64,000 nt of DNA from Fibrobacteria bacterium (lineage in GTDB: Bacteria; Fibrobacterota; Chitinivibrionia; Chitinivibrionales; FEN-1185), in assembly GCA_037447435.1 (NCBI GenBank), contig JBBIGR010000002.1, positions 32,001-96,000 on the forward strand, read 5' to 3'. Below, in pieces: positions 20,489-29,791 of the stretch (position 1 is the stretch's first letter; every line of letters begins with the position of its first letter). Both the position numbers and the translations under genes were made by a program. The notes beneath the pieces are model-generated. The model was not told the DNA's origin. It was given only the letters and a program-made list of their open reading frames with translations, and ran no database searches.

Positions 20489-20722
20489 TCATTTGGCTTT
20501 GAGCCGCGAAACAAGGGTTTGGATATCTATTTGCGATAATGCCCCGCACCCCGAATTGCAGCCGCAATTATCGCCGCTTTCCGCAGCACGGTTCAAATGG
20601 TCCAATGCGCCGGTAAGATTTCCGGAATTTACCAGTAACTCCAACCGCGCATTCCATATCATCGTAGATCCCTCGAGGATCTCGGCCTTGGCCTTTTTAA
20701 TGGCGTCTATGTTTTCCAGCAT
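20489..20722 (-). CDS. Putative RiPP precursor peptide B (77 aa, NCGCNSGC core)
   Basis: AAGGAG RBS before ATG 20722; paralogue of 20760..20996; downstream of radical SAM/SPASM gene. Confidence 0.8.
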   Translation of the reverse strand: MLENIDAIKKAKAEILEGSTMIWNARLELLVNSGNLTGALDHLNRAAESGDNCGCNSGCGALSQIDIQTLVSRLKAK

Positions 20723-20759
20723 ATCGATTCTCCTTATTTGCAAAGGTCTTCTTGCAGGC

Positions 20760-20996
20760 CTATTTGGATTTCAAAGCGTTTATTTCCCTGGCAAAATCCT
20801 CCATGCGGAACGCGGCGCCGCATCCGGAATTGCATCCGCAGTTATCGCCCGATTCGGCGGTGCGGTTCAAATGATCCAAAGCACCGGCCAGGTTTCCGGC
20901 GGAAGTCAACGCATCGAGGCGCGCATTCCAAATGGTGAGGGATCCGTTTACTATCTGGGCTTTCGCTTTCTTGATTTCTTCCATTTTTTCAATCAT
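20760..20996 (-). CDS. Putative RiPP precursor peptide A (78 aa, NCGCNSGC core)
   Basis: AAGGAG RBS; 44 of first 61 residues identical to peptide B without gaps. Confidence 0.8.
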   Translation of the reverse strand: MIEKMEEIKKAKAQIVNGSLTIWNARLDALTSAGNLAGALDHLNRTAESGDNCGCNSGCGAAFRMEDFAREINALKSK

Positions 20997-21106
20997 ACCA
21001 AAACTCCTTTTTCTTTTGTTTGGTTTGTCTACTTTCCCCCATTTCTTTCACGCGTCACCATTTCGCCGGATTTTCCCTCCTTTCTGCTATGCCCCCCCCC
21101 TAGAGT

Positions 21107-22432
21107 TCACGTGCACGGAGCAAACGCAACCGCCTTTACCATTGCCTCCCATTCTGAAATGGTCATCGGACAACAAGCCTGCCGGTCATTCATTACGGTC
21201 AAGGGACATTTTCTGCCCTGGCACGGCGGATAGAACAAACACGAAGCGCATTGATCCTCTATTTTTTCATCGATGGTGACCCATTTGGACCACCGTTCTT
21301 TGTCAAGCTGCATTTCGCCGCTTTCCGCGAGAACGCCCACATGGTTCCGGACATCGTCGAAGGCAACTGTACATTTGTAAAGAGTGCCGTCTGCGCCGAC
21401 AACGATCGACGATTCCTTGGCTGCATAGCAAACATTGCCGTGCGGGCGAAGAAATTCCTTTACGGTCTTGTCCGACATTCCCGCGGAAACGGACGTCACG
21501 GTGAGGTCCTTGCGGATGCGGGCCGCGGCTTTGGCATCGCAGATTTCAAGGAGAGAATCGTTGACGCCGCCCCAGCGACCGACCGAATGAAAACTCATCG
21601 AAAACCGCGGGTCGCCGCCGAACAGGGGCACAATTTCCTTTTGCACCCATCTTGTCAATTCCAAGGAATTGACAAGATTATAATTGACCCGGATTTTCAC
21701 CCGGAAATCGCCGTTGTTCCGCTGAAGCGCTTTTAAATTTTCCAGTATTTTTTTATAGGTTCCCCTGCCGTTTCCGAGTTTTCGCGTCGAATCGTGCGAA
21801 GCTTCCGGACCGTCCAGGGTGATTTGGAAATTCCTGATCTCGCTATGCAGCAAGGAATCGATGAGTTCCGCATTCAGCAGATACCCGTTGGTCGTCATGC
21901 TGCTCGTATACGGCACACCCGCTTTTTGGCAACTGCGTATAAAGGATTCCGACAGGTCAGCCACTATTTCTTTTGCAAGAAGCGGTTCCCCGCCGAACCA
22001 ACAGACCGATACCCGTTTGTATTCCGCGGCTTTGCGGTCGACAAGGGATTTCAACCCGGTTACGACACCGGGCGCCATAGCTCCCCGTTCAAATTTTTCA
22101 TAGCAGTATACGCAGCGGAAATTACAGTTTTCATGCGGAAGAACTATGACGCTGAAAACGGAATTGCGTTCCCGTTCAAGCACCTCGTTGACCATTTCCC
22201 GTTCCCGCACATGAGACGGAACAAAAAAGCCGCCGGTACAAAGTTCCTTCAGCATCGGGTCGTCGAGCCGTGATTCATCGTCAAACTCCCCTTGTTCCAG
22301 GATGCGCAGGATCTTTTCCGATTGATAAACGGGTATACGCGCAATGGCACCCATGTAACTGTTGTAGAGAATGAGTTCGCCGGTATCGCATTGCAGCGAG
22401 CATGAATACGATGAGGTACACCAATGGATCAT
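21107..22432 (-). CDS. Radical SAM/SPASM domain protein, probable peptide maturase
   Basis: CNFRCVYC, WFGGEPLL, TTNGYLL, QITLDG; SPASM cysteines C..YKC..CASC-x5-C-x4-C..CC; about 90-aa N-terminal RRE-like extension; GGAGG RBS. Confidence 0.92.
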   Translation of the reverse strand: MIHWCTSSYSCSLQCDTGELILYNSYMGAIARIPVYQSEKILRILEQGEFDDESRLDDPMLKELCTGGFFVPSHVREREMVNEVLERERNSVFSVIVLPHENCNFRCVYCYEKFERGAMAPGVVTGLKSLVDRKAAEYKRVSVCWFGGEPLLAKEIVADLSESFIRSCQKAGVPYTSSMTTNGYLLNAELIDSLLHSEIRNFQITLDGPEASHDSTRKLGNGRGTYKKILENLKALQRNNGDFRVKIRVNYNLVNSLELTRWVQKEIVPLFGGDPRFSMSFHSVGRWGGVNDSLLEICDAKAAARIRKDLTVTSVSAGMSDKTVKEFLRPHGNVCYAAKESSIVVGADGTLYKCTVAFDDVRNHVGVLAESGEMQLDKERWSKWVTIDEKIEDQCASCLFYPPCQGRKCPLTVMNDRQACCPMTISEWEAMVKAVAFAPCT

Positions 22433-22734
22433 AGGTTTTCGCCTCCAATTGACAAATAGTTACTTTTGTCCGATGACGCAGAATCGTCCGCAGCTTGGGA
22501 GTAAGGCATGTACCCCATAGTCCCGGAAAACAGGGTACTTATGAATGGTTTATTTTTTGTAGCGCAAAAACCAAGCCAGTTGAATTCCTGCGTAGTGGCG
22601 GGGTGGCGGCAAACGTCTTATGCCGATTATTTCTTATTATTGAAAAAGTATTTCTCAAAAACGGAACTTGCGGCACTGGCGGCGGATCCGGGTTTTTATA
22701 AATTCCAAAACACCCGGCTCGATTTTATTTTATA

Positions 22735-22746
22735 TTGTATATACAA
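22735..22746. promoter_or_regulatory. Palindromic operator candidate TTGTATATACAA
   Basis: Perfect 12-bp palindrome fitting the GntR/HutC GT-N-TA-N-AC pattern, about 90 bp upstream of the deacetylase start. Confidence 0.4.
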
Positions 22747-22838
22747 CTTACGGACGAGTCTGAAATAAAATGAAGATTGATGTCCGAAACTTTGAATGTG
22801 GCAGATCGCTTAATACTATAACTTTTTTAGGGGGCTTA

Positions 22839-24437
22839 ATGAAAAAATTCTCCATTCCGGCAATCATTTTTGCCGCAGTCGGCCTTGTCGCTGCGGCAAA
22901 TGTTGCACCGTCACGAGTGCATCCGGGCACTATTTCTTTGGCGCAAACGCCGCAATTCGTTTGCCTCGGGTCCGACGACAATTATTATCCCGACGGCCTA
23001 AACTGGATTGTCAAACTTATCCAATCGAAAACCAACCCAACCGAAAACCCGGTTGTCGCGGGTACTTTCGACGGTATGCCGGCAACCATGTCGTTCTATC
23101 CCAATACCGACAACAGCGAATGGTACGACATCATAGACACCACGGATGTGAACGAATACGGCGCCGACAGCGCATTGAAAATCCAGGCATCGCTTCGGGA
23201 GGCGCTGGCGCACGGCAGCGAAATCGGCAGCCATACGAAGCACCATATGTCAAGTACGTCCTCGACCCTTGCATACTGGTATACTGAAATGGATAGTTCG
23301 CTTAAGGACCTTAAGACCATCGGATTTCCGACCGCAAGCATTGTCGGATTCCGGACTCCTTTTTTACAATATAACGATTTCACGTTCAAGGCCCTCGATT
23401 CCCTGAAAAATTTCAAGTACGATTGTTCAATAGAAAGCGGTTTGGACGATGCGACCGACGGCACCAATTTCGTGTGGCCGTACACGCTCGATAACGGCCC
23501 CTTCACCGGCGACACCGGCTTTCTTGCGGCAACCGACCGCGACACGATCTTTATGAACGACGGCGAACTTGACACAGAGACCATCATGGTCAAAATCGGC
23601 AATCATCCCGGCCTGTGGGAAGCACCGGTATATTGCGTGATCGTACCGCCGGCGCTGCGACATAAGATTTGGCTGCAGACAAAAGACACGATCGCGGTAC
23701 AGCTGTACAAGCATAATCCCGACGGCACGATCGCCACAAACAGAAACGGAGACGCCATCGATTCAGTCGTTGTGCCGGATTCCGTCTTCAGCGTGGATTT
23801 CGATACGACAACCGGGAAAATCACCGGACTCGATTATAATATGTGGTCTGCCCCGGCAAACGACGGCGTGGGTATGGACAGCGCGGAGTTTGTCGAAACG
23901 ATGAAGTATACCCTCGACAGACATCTGTCGGGCAATAGGGCGCCGTTCAATTTCGGCATGCACAGCAATATTTTCTACGATACGTCAGGGTTTATCGATG
24001 AGAGCGCCCAGCAATACGGCAGCATGACATCGCCGCCGCGGGCAACGGTCACGCAAATGCGTAACGCGATGAATGCGTTTATCGACTACGCGATCAGCAA
24101 ACCGGCAGTCCGTTTTGTATCGCAAAGCAACATGATCAACTGGTGCGCAAACCCCGTTCCGCTCAGCGTCCCGCTCGGCGTCGTCAACAATGTATCGTCG
24201 ATCCTTGCAAAAGAACCCGTTGTTTCGTATGTTGCGGGTAAAATTATCGTCCGCGATTTGCCGACACGTTCGCACGTAACGGTATCCCTTTACAATGTTT
24301 TGGGCAAGCGCGTCGATCAAGTGACCGCGAGCGGATCGTCGCTTGTCTGGAAACAGGGCAGCCGTTCGGCAGGCACGTATATTCTCAAAATCGCCGCACC
24401 CGGCCTGGTACGCACAAAATCCATTGTCATGGAATAA
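22839..24437 (+). CDS. Secreted polysaccharide deacetylase-like protein with C-terminal sorting-type domain
   Basis: PQFVCLGSDD, EIGSHTKHH, GFRTPFL, YDCSIE, GNRAPFNFGMH; signal peptide from ATG 22839; C-terminal YNVLGK...GTYILK. Confidence 0.85.
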   Translation: MKKFSIPAIIFAAVGLVAAANVAPSRVHPGTISLAQTPQFVCLGSDDNYYPDGLNWIVKLIQSKTNPTENPVVAGTFDGMPATMSFYPNTDNSEWYDIIDTTDVNEYGADSALKIQASLREALAHGSEIGSHTKHHMSSTSSTLAYWYTEMDSSLKDLKTIGFPTASIVGFRTPFLQYNDFTFKALDSLKNFKYDCSIESGLDDATDGTNFVWPYTLDNGPFTGDTGFLAATDRDTIFMNDGELDTETIMVKIGNHPGLWEAPVYCVIVPPALRHKIWLQTKDTIAVQLYKHNPDGTIATNRNGDAIDSVVVPDSVFSVDFDTTTGKITGLDYNMWSAPANDGVGMDSAEFVETMKYTLDRHLSGNRAPFNFGMHSNIFYDTSGFIDESAQQYGSMTSPPRATVTQMRNAMNAFIDYAISKPAVRFVSQSNMINWCANPVPLSVPLGVVNNVSSILAKEPVVSYVAGKIIVRDLPTRSHVTVSLYNVLGKRVDQVTASGSSLVWKQGSRSAGTYILKIAAPGLVRTKSIVME

Positions 24438-24448
24438 TTCCCGCGACT

Positions 24449-24476
24449 CGGGATACCGATTTCTATCGGTATCCCG
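24449..24476 (+). terminator. Hairpin after deacetylase gene, probable terminator
   Basis: CGGGATACCGAT-TTCT-ATCGGTATCCCG perfect 12-bp stem; U-tract weak. Confidence 0.55.
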
Positions 24477-24570
24477 CCTCTTGCTTAAAAACAGCCCCTT
24501 AAATCACCTTCTGGCATACATATTGCGTTATATAATTCAAATATCGCAATCATCAGGGGCATTAAAACAT

Positions 24571-25443
24571 ATGAAAACCATTCCGATTTTTGTAATGGCT
24601 TCGGCACTTTTTCTCGCGGCACATTATGCCGCAGCAAGCGAATCGCCCGACTATATTTCTCGCGGCGATTCCGTAGACACCTTTCGATACACCGGCGGAA
24701 ACGGAAAAACCTATTCCGCACAATTACCAAAAAATCGCGCCCCAAACGATTATACGCCAATCGGGTTTGTCAAGCAGCCGTCCTTTATCCGCGGTTCGGG
24801 AACGCTTAACAAAAACGAACATGCCGTTGTCTTGTCTCTCGACGGCGACCTTATTCCGTCGCCGCTCATGCTCGGATACCGATACGGTCTTTTTTATTGG
24901 TGGGACATGGGCGGCGCAAACGGCGTTTTTCAGGCATTCGTACAAACCCGTATGGAAAATTTAAAAACCCGGGAAACCGAAAAATTCTTTTGGTCGAACG
25001 AGTTTCGGGCCGGCTACAAAGTCCATGATGCAAATATCAATAGCAATCTCCGTTTCGACGATCGTTCACTTGTAGGAACCTTCGATAATTCGCTCAGCTA
25101 TCGGCTCGGCAATGCCCGCAGGCAGGCATTGTACCTGCTCTCGGTTTTGTATGTCGATTACGACCTTCATACGCCCCGTCGCCAAACCGATTATTACGTC
25201 ATGCCGGCAATTCTCGGTTTCGAAACAATGATCAAGGAACACGACAGCTTTTTTATCGAGCTCGGCGCCGCATATTCCATAAACGGAATGCAATTCGGCG
25301 ACAATACAAAACTCTACGAAAACACCTGGTTCCCGGTTTTTAGAATCGGCATGGCCATTCGCAGCGGCGCAAATACCGCGATTTATTACACCCGCGAAAC
25401 CAAACCGTTGTCCAGAGGAAAACAACCCAAAGAAGTCAAATAA
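24571..25443 (+). CDS. Exported hypothetical protein, possible outer-membrane beta-barrel
   Basis: Signal peptide from ATG 24571; aromatic-rich alternating strands. Confidence 0.6.
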   Translation: MKTIPIFVMASALFLAAHYAAASESPDYISRGDSVDTFRYTGGNGKTYSAQLPKNRAPNDYTPIGFVKQPSFIRGSGTLNKNEHAVVLSLDGDLIPSPLMLGYRYGLFYWWDMGGANGVFQAFVQTRMENLKTRETEKFFWSNEFRAGYKVHDANINSNLRFDDRSLVGTFDNSLSYRLGNARRQALYLLSVLYVDYDLHTPRRQTDYYVMPAILGFETMIKEHDSFFIELGAAYSINGMQFGDNTKLYENTWFPVFRIGMAIRSGANTAIYYTRETKPLSRGKQPKEVK

Positions 25444-25705
25444 ACATTCCATACATTTACCCCTAATACCCCAGATGGCTGCGATTGCATTCGCGTGTGT
25501 CGCATTAGTTTTTCCGCATGGTTACCCAAATTCCCGTTTAGTGCGATTGTACATATTCTTCATTATTCATAAAACCTCTTCCTTTCGCAAATTCAATGGG
25601 AGAAAATGGGAGTCTTTACTTCAAAAAAAAGAATGATTTTGTAAATATTTTAGCGCAGATTCAAAAAAGGTTGCTTATATTACCTTAAATAAGAAGGAGG
25701 TACTC

Positions 25706-27343
25706 ATGTCTCACATCATTAAGGCAGCATCGGTTGTCTGCTGCATGGCTGCGCTTGTTTTGTCCCAAACGCCAAGAAAGCAATTTGAACAATTGACAAC
25801 GGCACGATTGGCCCTGATCCCCGATTTCGTTTTGCCGGACATTTACAAAGACCGTGTTGCGCATCCGCTTCCGGCAAGTGTCGACAACAGTAAACTCAAA
25901 TATTTTCCTCCCTATAATTGGAGCATCGACGGCTGGGCGTGCGCAAACGCAGTCGGAGCTTCGTATTGCTATAATTACGAGGTCCTCAATATGCAGGATT
26001 CGGCAAACCCGAGCGGCTCGCCGAAATTCACGTATGAATATACCTATCATATGCTCAATAGCGGAAACCAATCCACGGGCGGAGACGGCTGGATGTTCAT
26101 AGATGTCTTCGAGCAAGCCAAGAAAACGGGCATCCTGACAAGCAGCGATTTCGGCGGTTTTGAATGGGGAGGCCAATTCGCAGGTTGGGCAAGCGGTTAT
26201 GATAAGTATTACCGCGCAATGAAACTGCGGGCCAGCGAATATTATAAAATCGATGCCACGCTCGCGACGAGCCCGGAGTTGATAAAACAATATCTCTATG
26301 ATCACGGCGACCAATCCGCACACGGCGGCTTGCTTGCGGTCCAGGTCAACGATGCGACCTGGGCAACCGGGACCGTATCGGGCAAACGAGTTTTTACAAA
26401 AATAGGAGGCGGCGGCGGACACGCCCTCACAGTATGCGGCTACGACGACAATTTCGACGGCGGCGCATACTTGCTTTGCGGTAACTGGGGCGAAGGCTTT
26501 TACTGGGCCCCGTACAGTTTGTTCAAAAACGGCGCCGGCTGGTATCCCGACAATACGAGCGATCCGTTCCAGAACAACAAATATTTTATGGGCGTGCGCA
26601 TCAAGAAAAATTACTCGCCCCGTTTCACTTTTAAGGTCAGCCTTACCCACAATCAACGGAATAATGTAACGCTTTCGACCGGTGCCGCAAATTCCACGAC
26701 AGCGTCGGTGCCCACCACGAGCATGAATTACTATGCATTGGTCAATAACACCGGCGGATCGTTGCCTATGTGCGGCGGAGGCCAAAGCTCCACTATCGAG
26801 CTCGGGCTCGACCTCACCGATTTCTCTTCCGTCGTTGCCGGCGGCCAGGGCACTTTCTTTCTTACCGTGACATCAAAGGGCGGCACCGGCCAGGTAAACA
26901 GCTTGTCGCTCATGGACTACAGCGGTGCGACCGTTTCCACAATCGCCTGTACGCAATCCAATGTGGGAATCAACGGCACCATTACCATGAAAATTCCGTG
27001 GACCGGCCCACAATTACCGCCCACGTCGGCATTCGATCGACAGAACGGCATCGTCACCCATCAAGCGAGCGACCTGCAGGTTGGCTATGAACCCGGCATG
27101 CAGGCGTTGCGTTTGACGATTCCTGCGGCCGCGGGCGAAGTACGCGGCGGCACGGTAAAAATCATGGATGTCCGCGGAAACATGGTACTGTCCCGGCCGC
27201 TGTCTTCCCGCACCTTCTCGTGGGACCAAAAAGACCGCGTGGGTAACAAGGTGGCCAAAGGCGCATATATAGCATCTGTCAACCTTGTCGGCCGCGGCGG
27301 CGAATCGAACCTTTTAACGACAAAAGTATTAGTCAAAGACTGA
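25706..27343 (+). CDS. Secreted papain-like (C1) cysteine peptidase domain protein with FlgD-Ig/sorting-type C-terminus
   Basis: LPASVDNS..KYFPP, WACANA (Cys), GGHALTVCGYDD (His), NWG; WDQKDRVGNKVAKGAY; AAGGAGG RBS. Confidence 0.75.
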   Translation: MSHIIKAASVVCCMAALVLSQTPRKQFEQLTTARLALIPDFVLPDIYKDRVAHPLPASVDNSKLKYFPPYNWSIDGWACANAVGASYCYNYEVLNMQDSANPSGSPKFTYEYTYHMLNSGNQSTGGDGWMFIDVFEQAKKTGILTSSDFGGFEWGGQFAGWASGYDKYYRAMKLRASEYYKIDATLATSPELIKQYLYDHGDQSAHGGLLAVQVNDATWATGTVSGKRVFTKIGGGGGHALTVCGYDDNFDGGAYLLCGNWGEGFYWAPYSLFKNGAGWYPDNTSDPFQNNKYFMGVRIKKNYSPRFTFKVSLTHNQRNNVTLSTGAANSTTASVPTTSMNYYALVNNTGGSLPMCGGGQSSTIELGLDLTDFSSVVAGGQGTFFLTVTSKGGTGQVNSLSLMDYSGATVSTIACTQSNVGINGTITMKIPWTGPQLPPTSAFDRQNGIVTHQASDLQVGYEPGMQALRLTIPAAAGEVRGGTVKIMDVRGNMVLSRPLSSRTFSWDQKDRVGNKVAKGAYIASVNLVGRGGESNLLTTKVLVKD

Positions 27344-27363
27344 TCCGGATTCTTGGATAAAAA

Positions 27364-27403
27364 AAAAGCCCGGTCCGCAAGAAAAATACCGGACCGGGCT
27401 TTT
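27364..27403. terminator. Bidirectional rho-independent terminator
   Basis: AAAAGCCCGGTCCG...CGGACCGGGCTTTT between convergent genes. Confidence 0.8.
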
Positions 27404-27433
27404 TACTTTACGCAATCATTCCCCGAAATCGTC

Positions 27434-29734
27434 TTACCCGCTTACCGCAATTTTATTCAGCATATCCGAAAGTTCTGCAATTGTAAAGGGTTTGGTCAGG
27501 CTTGCGGTGAAACCGTATTCAACGGGATTTTTCATCACCAGGTTATCGGCATAGCCGCTCACGACAAAAAGGGGAATTTTCGGCAAAGCGCCGTTATTCG
27601 ATTTACGCATCTGTGTTATAATCTCAAGGCCGCCCATTCCGCCGGGAATCGTAAGATCAAAAATCATCGCCGTCAATTGCCCGTTCCCTATTTCATTGTT
27701 GTAATACTCAACCGCTTCTTTCCCGTCGGCTTTGCACACGACCGCGTATCCCAACGATTCAAGGGTTTGCCGCAACGTGTCCCGAACGACTTCTTCGTCG
27801 TCAACAACAAGGATTGTCCCGCTTCCCCGATGCCCGGCATTCGCGGCGACGGATGCGAGCGCAGCCTCGGTCGAAGCAGGAAGAAAAACATGAAACAAGG
27901 CGCCTTTGCCCGCTTCCGATTCCACCTCGATGCATCCGCCGTGCCGGTTGATTATCGAATAACACGTGGCAAGCCCCAGACCGTGTCCCTTTGTTTTTGT
28001 CGTGTAAAAAGGGTCAAAAATGCGCGGCATGATGTTTTTGGGAATACCGATGCCGTTGTCTTTTATCGAAACCCTGACATAATTTCCTTTGACAAGCGGC
28101 GGATGTTCATTTTCTTCAAACGATTGGTTTTCCGCCGATATTTCAATAGACCCGCCGTTCGGCATTGCCTGCTGCGCGTTGATGACGATATTGTCGATCA
28201 CCTGACCGATCTGGTTCTTGTCTATGTTGCATGGCCATAAATCCCCCGCCATCGAGAATCTGCAGGAAATATTCGAACCCGAAAGAGCAAACAGCGCCGC
28301 GTCCTGGACAATGGATTCGATCGGCGTGATTTTTTGAGCCGGTGCGCCGCCCTTGGCAAAGGTTAAGAGCTGCAGGGTTAGCGCACGGGCGCGGCCTAAT
28401 GTCGCAATCGTGGATTCGAGATAATTTTCTGCCTTCGAACCTTTCGAAACCGACCGGGCCAGGTCGATGTAGCCGTAAATTCCGGTAAGTAAATTGTTGA
28501 AATCATGCGCGATACCGCCGGCAAGAATACCGAGGGAATCGAGTTTCTGCGCATTCGCGAGCAGCGTTTCGGTCTTTTTCCGTTCGGTAATATCGGTGAG
28601 CAGGTTGAGGGTGGCTTCTTTCCCTTTCCAATCGATGGGCACCGGGTTTATTTCAATCCAGCAAATTCTTCCGTCCGCGGTCATGATCCTGAATTCATAC
28701 CGCTGCAGCGGCAATCCGCCTTTGGCCCGCCTGCCCCTATTCTCTATTATCAAATACCGGTCGTCGGGGTACACGAATTCCATGAAGGGCCTCGTCAGGA
28801 ATTCCTTTTCGGAATATCCCCACAGCTCCACGGCCTTGTGATTGACAAATTTGCACATGCCGTCCTGCGAAACGAAAATAACCTGGTTCGCATGGTCGAC
28901 CAGGTTCCGGTATTTCTCCTCGCTCTCCAACAGGGCCAATTCGGCCTGCTTACGTTCCGTAATGTCTTCGACAATGGACAAGATGCAGGATTTGGTACCC
29001 TGCCTGATTACTTGCGCCGAAAAAAGCACGGTTCTGATATTTGTGTTTTTTGCCCGAAGCCGTGTTTCAAAACGCGTCACCGATCCATATTCGTGAAGCA
29101 CGGCAACCATTCGTTCCCTGTCCGTATCGGTGACCCACAATTTCAAATCGAGAGTCGAGCGGCCCAATACTTCTTCTCTGGTATACCCGGAAACGCTCGT
29201 GAACGCGGCATTGACTTCGATGATTGCGCCGTCTTCCAAATTCGCAATTATATATGGATAGGGTGTTGCTTTAAATGCGGTCGAGAACCGCTCTTCACTC
29301 TCGCGAAGGGAATTTTCCATATGCCTGCGCTCGGTAATGTCCCGTCCCATTCCTTCAATGAACACGACTGCGCCGTTTGCGTCCCTTACTAACCGAATGT
29401 TCAGTTCTACCCATACGACACCGCCGTCTTTTTTCCGGCACGACACTTCAAAACCCTTTACCGTGTCGCTATGTGCGAGTAAGCCAAGCAATTTTTCGCG
29501 ATCGGCCGGATTTGCATAAATGCTGTATTGTAAATTGCCTGACGTTGACAGCAATTCTTCGGGGGAATCGTATCCGAGGGTACGGGCAAGGGCCGGATTA
29601 ATGTTGACTAAATCCCCTTGCGGGGTCGATTGGAAAATGCCGTCTGTCGAATTTTCAAATATTCTGCGGTACGTTTCTTCACTTCTAATAGCAGCATCGG
29701 GATTTGTTTGTCTGGCCAAACTGTCTTTGGTCAT
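27434..29734 (-). CDS. Cytoplasmic hybrid histidine kinase (3 PAS/PAC, HisKA, HATPase, receiver)
   Basis: AGGIAHDFNNLL, NAQQAM, DNGIGI, FYTTK, GLGL; receiver VVDDE..FDLTIP..KPF. Confidence 0.93.
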   Translation of the reverse strand: MTKDSLARQTNPDAAIRSEETYRRIFENSTDGIFQSTPQGDLVNINPALARTLGYDSPEELLSTSGNLQYSIYANPADREKLLGLLAHSDTVKGFEVSCRKKDGGVVWVELNIRLVRDANGAVVFIEGMGRDITERRHMENSLRESEERFSTAFKATPYPYIIANLEDGAIIEVNAAFTSVSGYTREEVLGRSTLDLKLWVTDTDRERMVAVLHEYGSVTRFETRLRAKNTNIRTVLFSAQVIRQGTKSCILSIVEDITERKQAELALLESEEKYRNLVDHANQVIFVSQDGMCKFVNHKAVELWGYSEKEFLTRPFMEFVYPDDRYLIIENRGRRAKGGLPLQRYEFRIMTADGRICWIEINPVPIDWKGKEATLNLLTDITERKKTETLLANAQKLDSLGILAGGIAHDFNNLLTGIYGYIDLARSVSKGSKAENYLESTIATLGRARALTLQLLTFAKGGAPAQKITPIESIVQDAALFALSGSNISCRFSMAGDLWPCNIDKNQIGQVIDNIVINAQQAMPNGGSIEISAENQSFEENEHPPLVKGNYVRVSIKDNGIGIPKNIMPRIFDPFYTTKTKGHGLGLATCYSIINRHGGCIEVESEAGKGALFHVFLPASTEAALASVAANAGHRGSGTILVVDDEEVVRDTLRQTLESLGYAVVCKADGKEAVEYYNNEIGNGQLTAMIFDLTIPGGMGGLEIITQMRKSNNGALPKIPLFVVSGYADNLVMKNPVEYGFTASLTKPFTIAELSDMLNKIAVSG

Positions 29735-29791
29735 AAACGTCCTGTTCGTCTCGGACTGCAGGGTAGGAGCAATCCCGCAGCGAAGCGGGGG

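Noticed and set aside
20862..20930. WNA and HLN as cyclophane (triceptide) motifs
   Set aside because: They lie in the presumed helical leader; the invariant Cys block is the more parsimonious core. Not formally excluded
21029..21061. 10-codon ORF MVTRERNGGK as a third precursor
   Set aside because: AGGAGG is about 15 nt from the ATG, no Cys, no similarity to peptides A/B
22495..22768. Short ORFs in the radical SAM/deacetylase intergenic region
   Set aside because: No recognisable composition or motif and they overlap likely promoter elements
25595..25612. AATGGGAG direct repeat with 10-bp period (MraZ-like)
   Set aside because: Only two copies and no cell-division context
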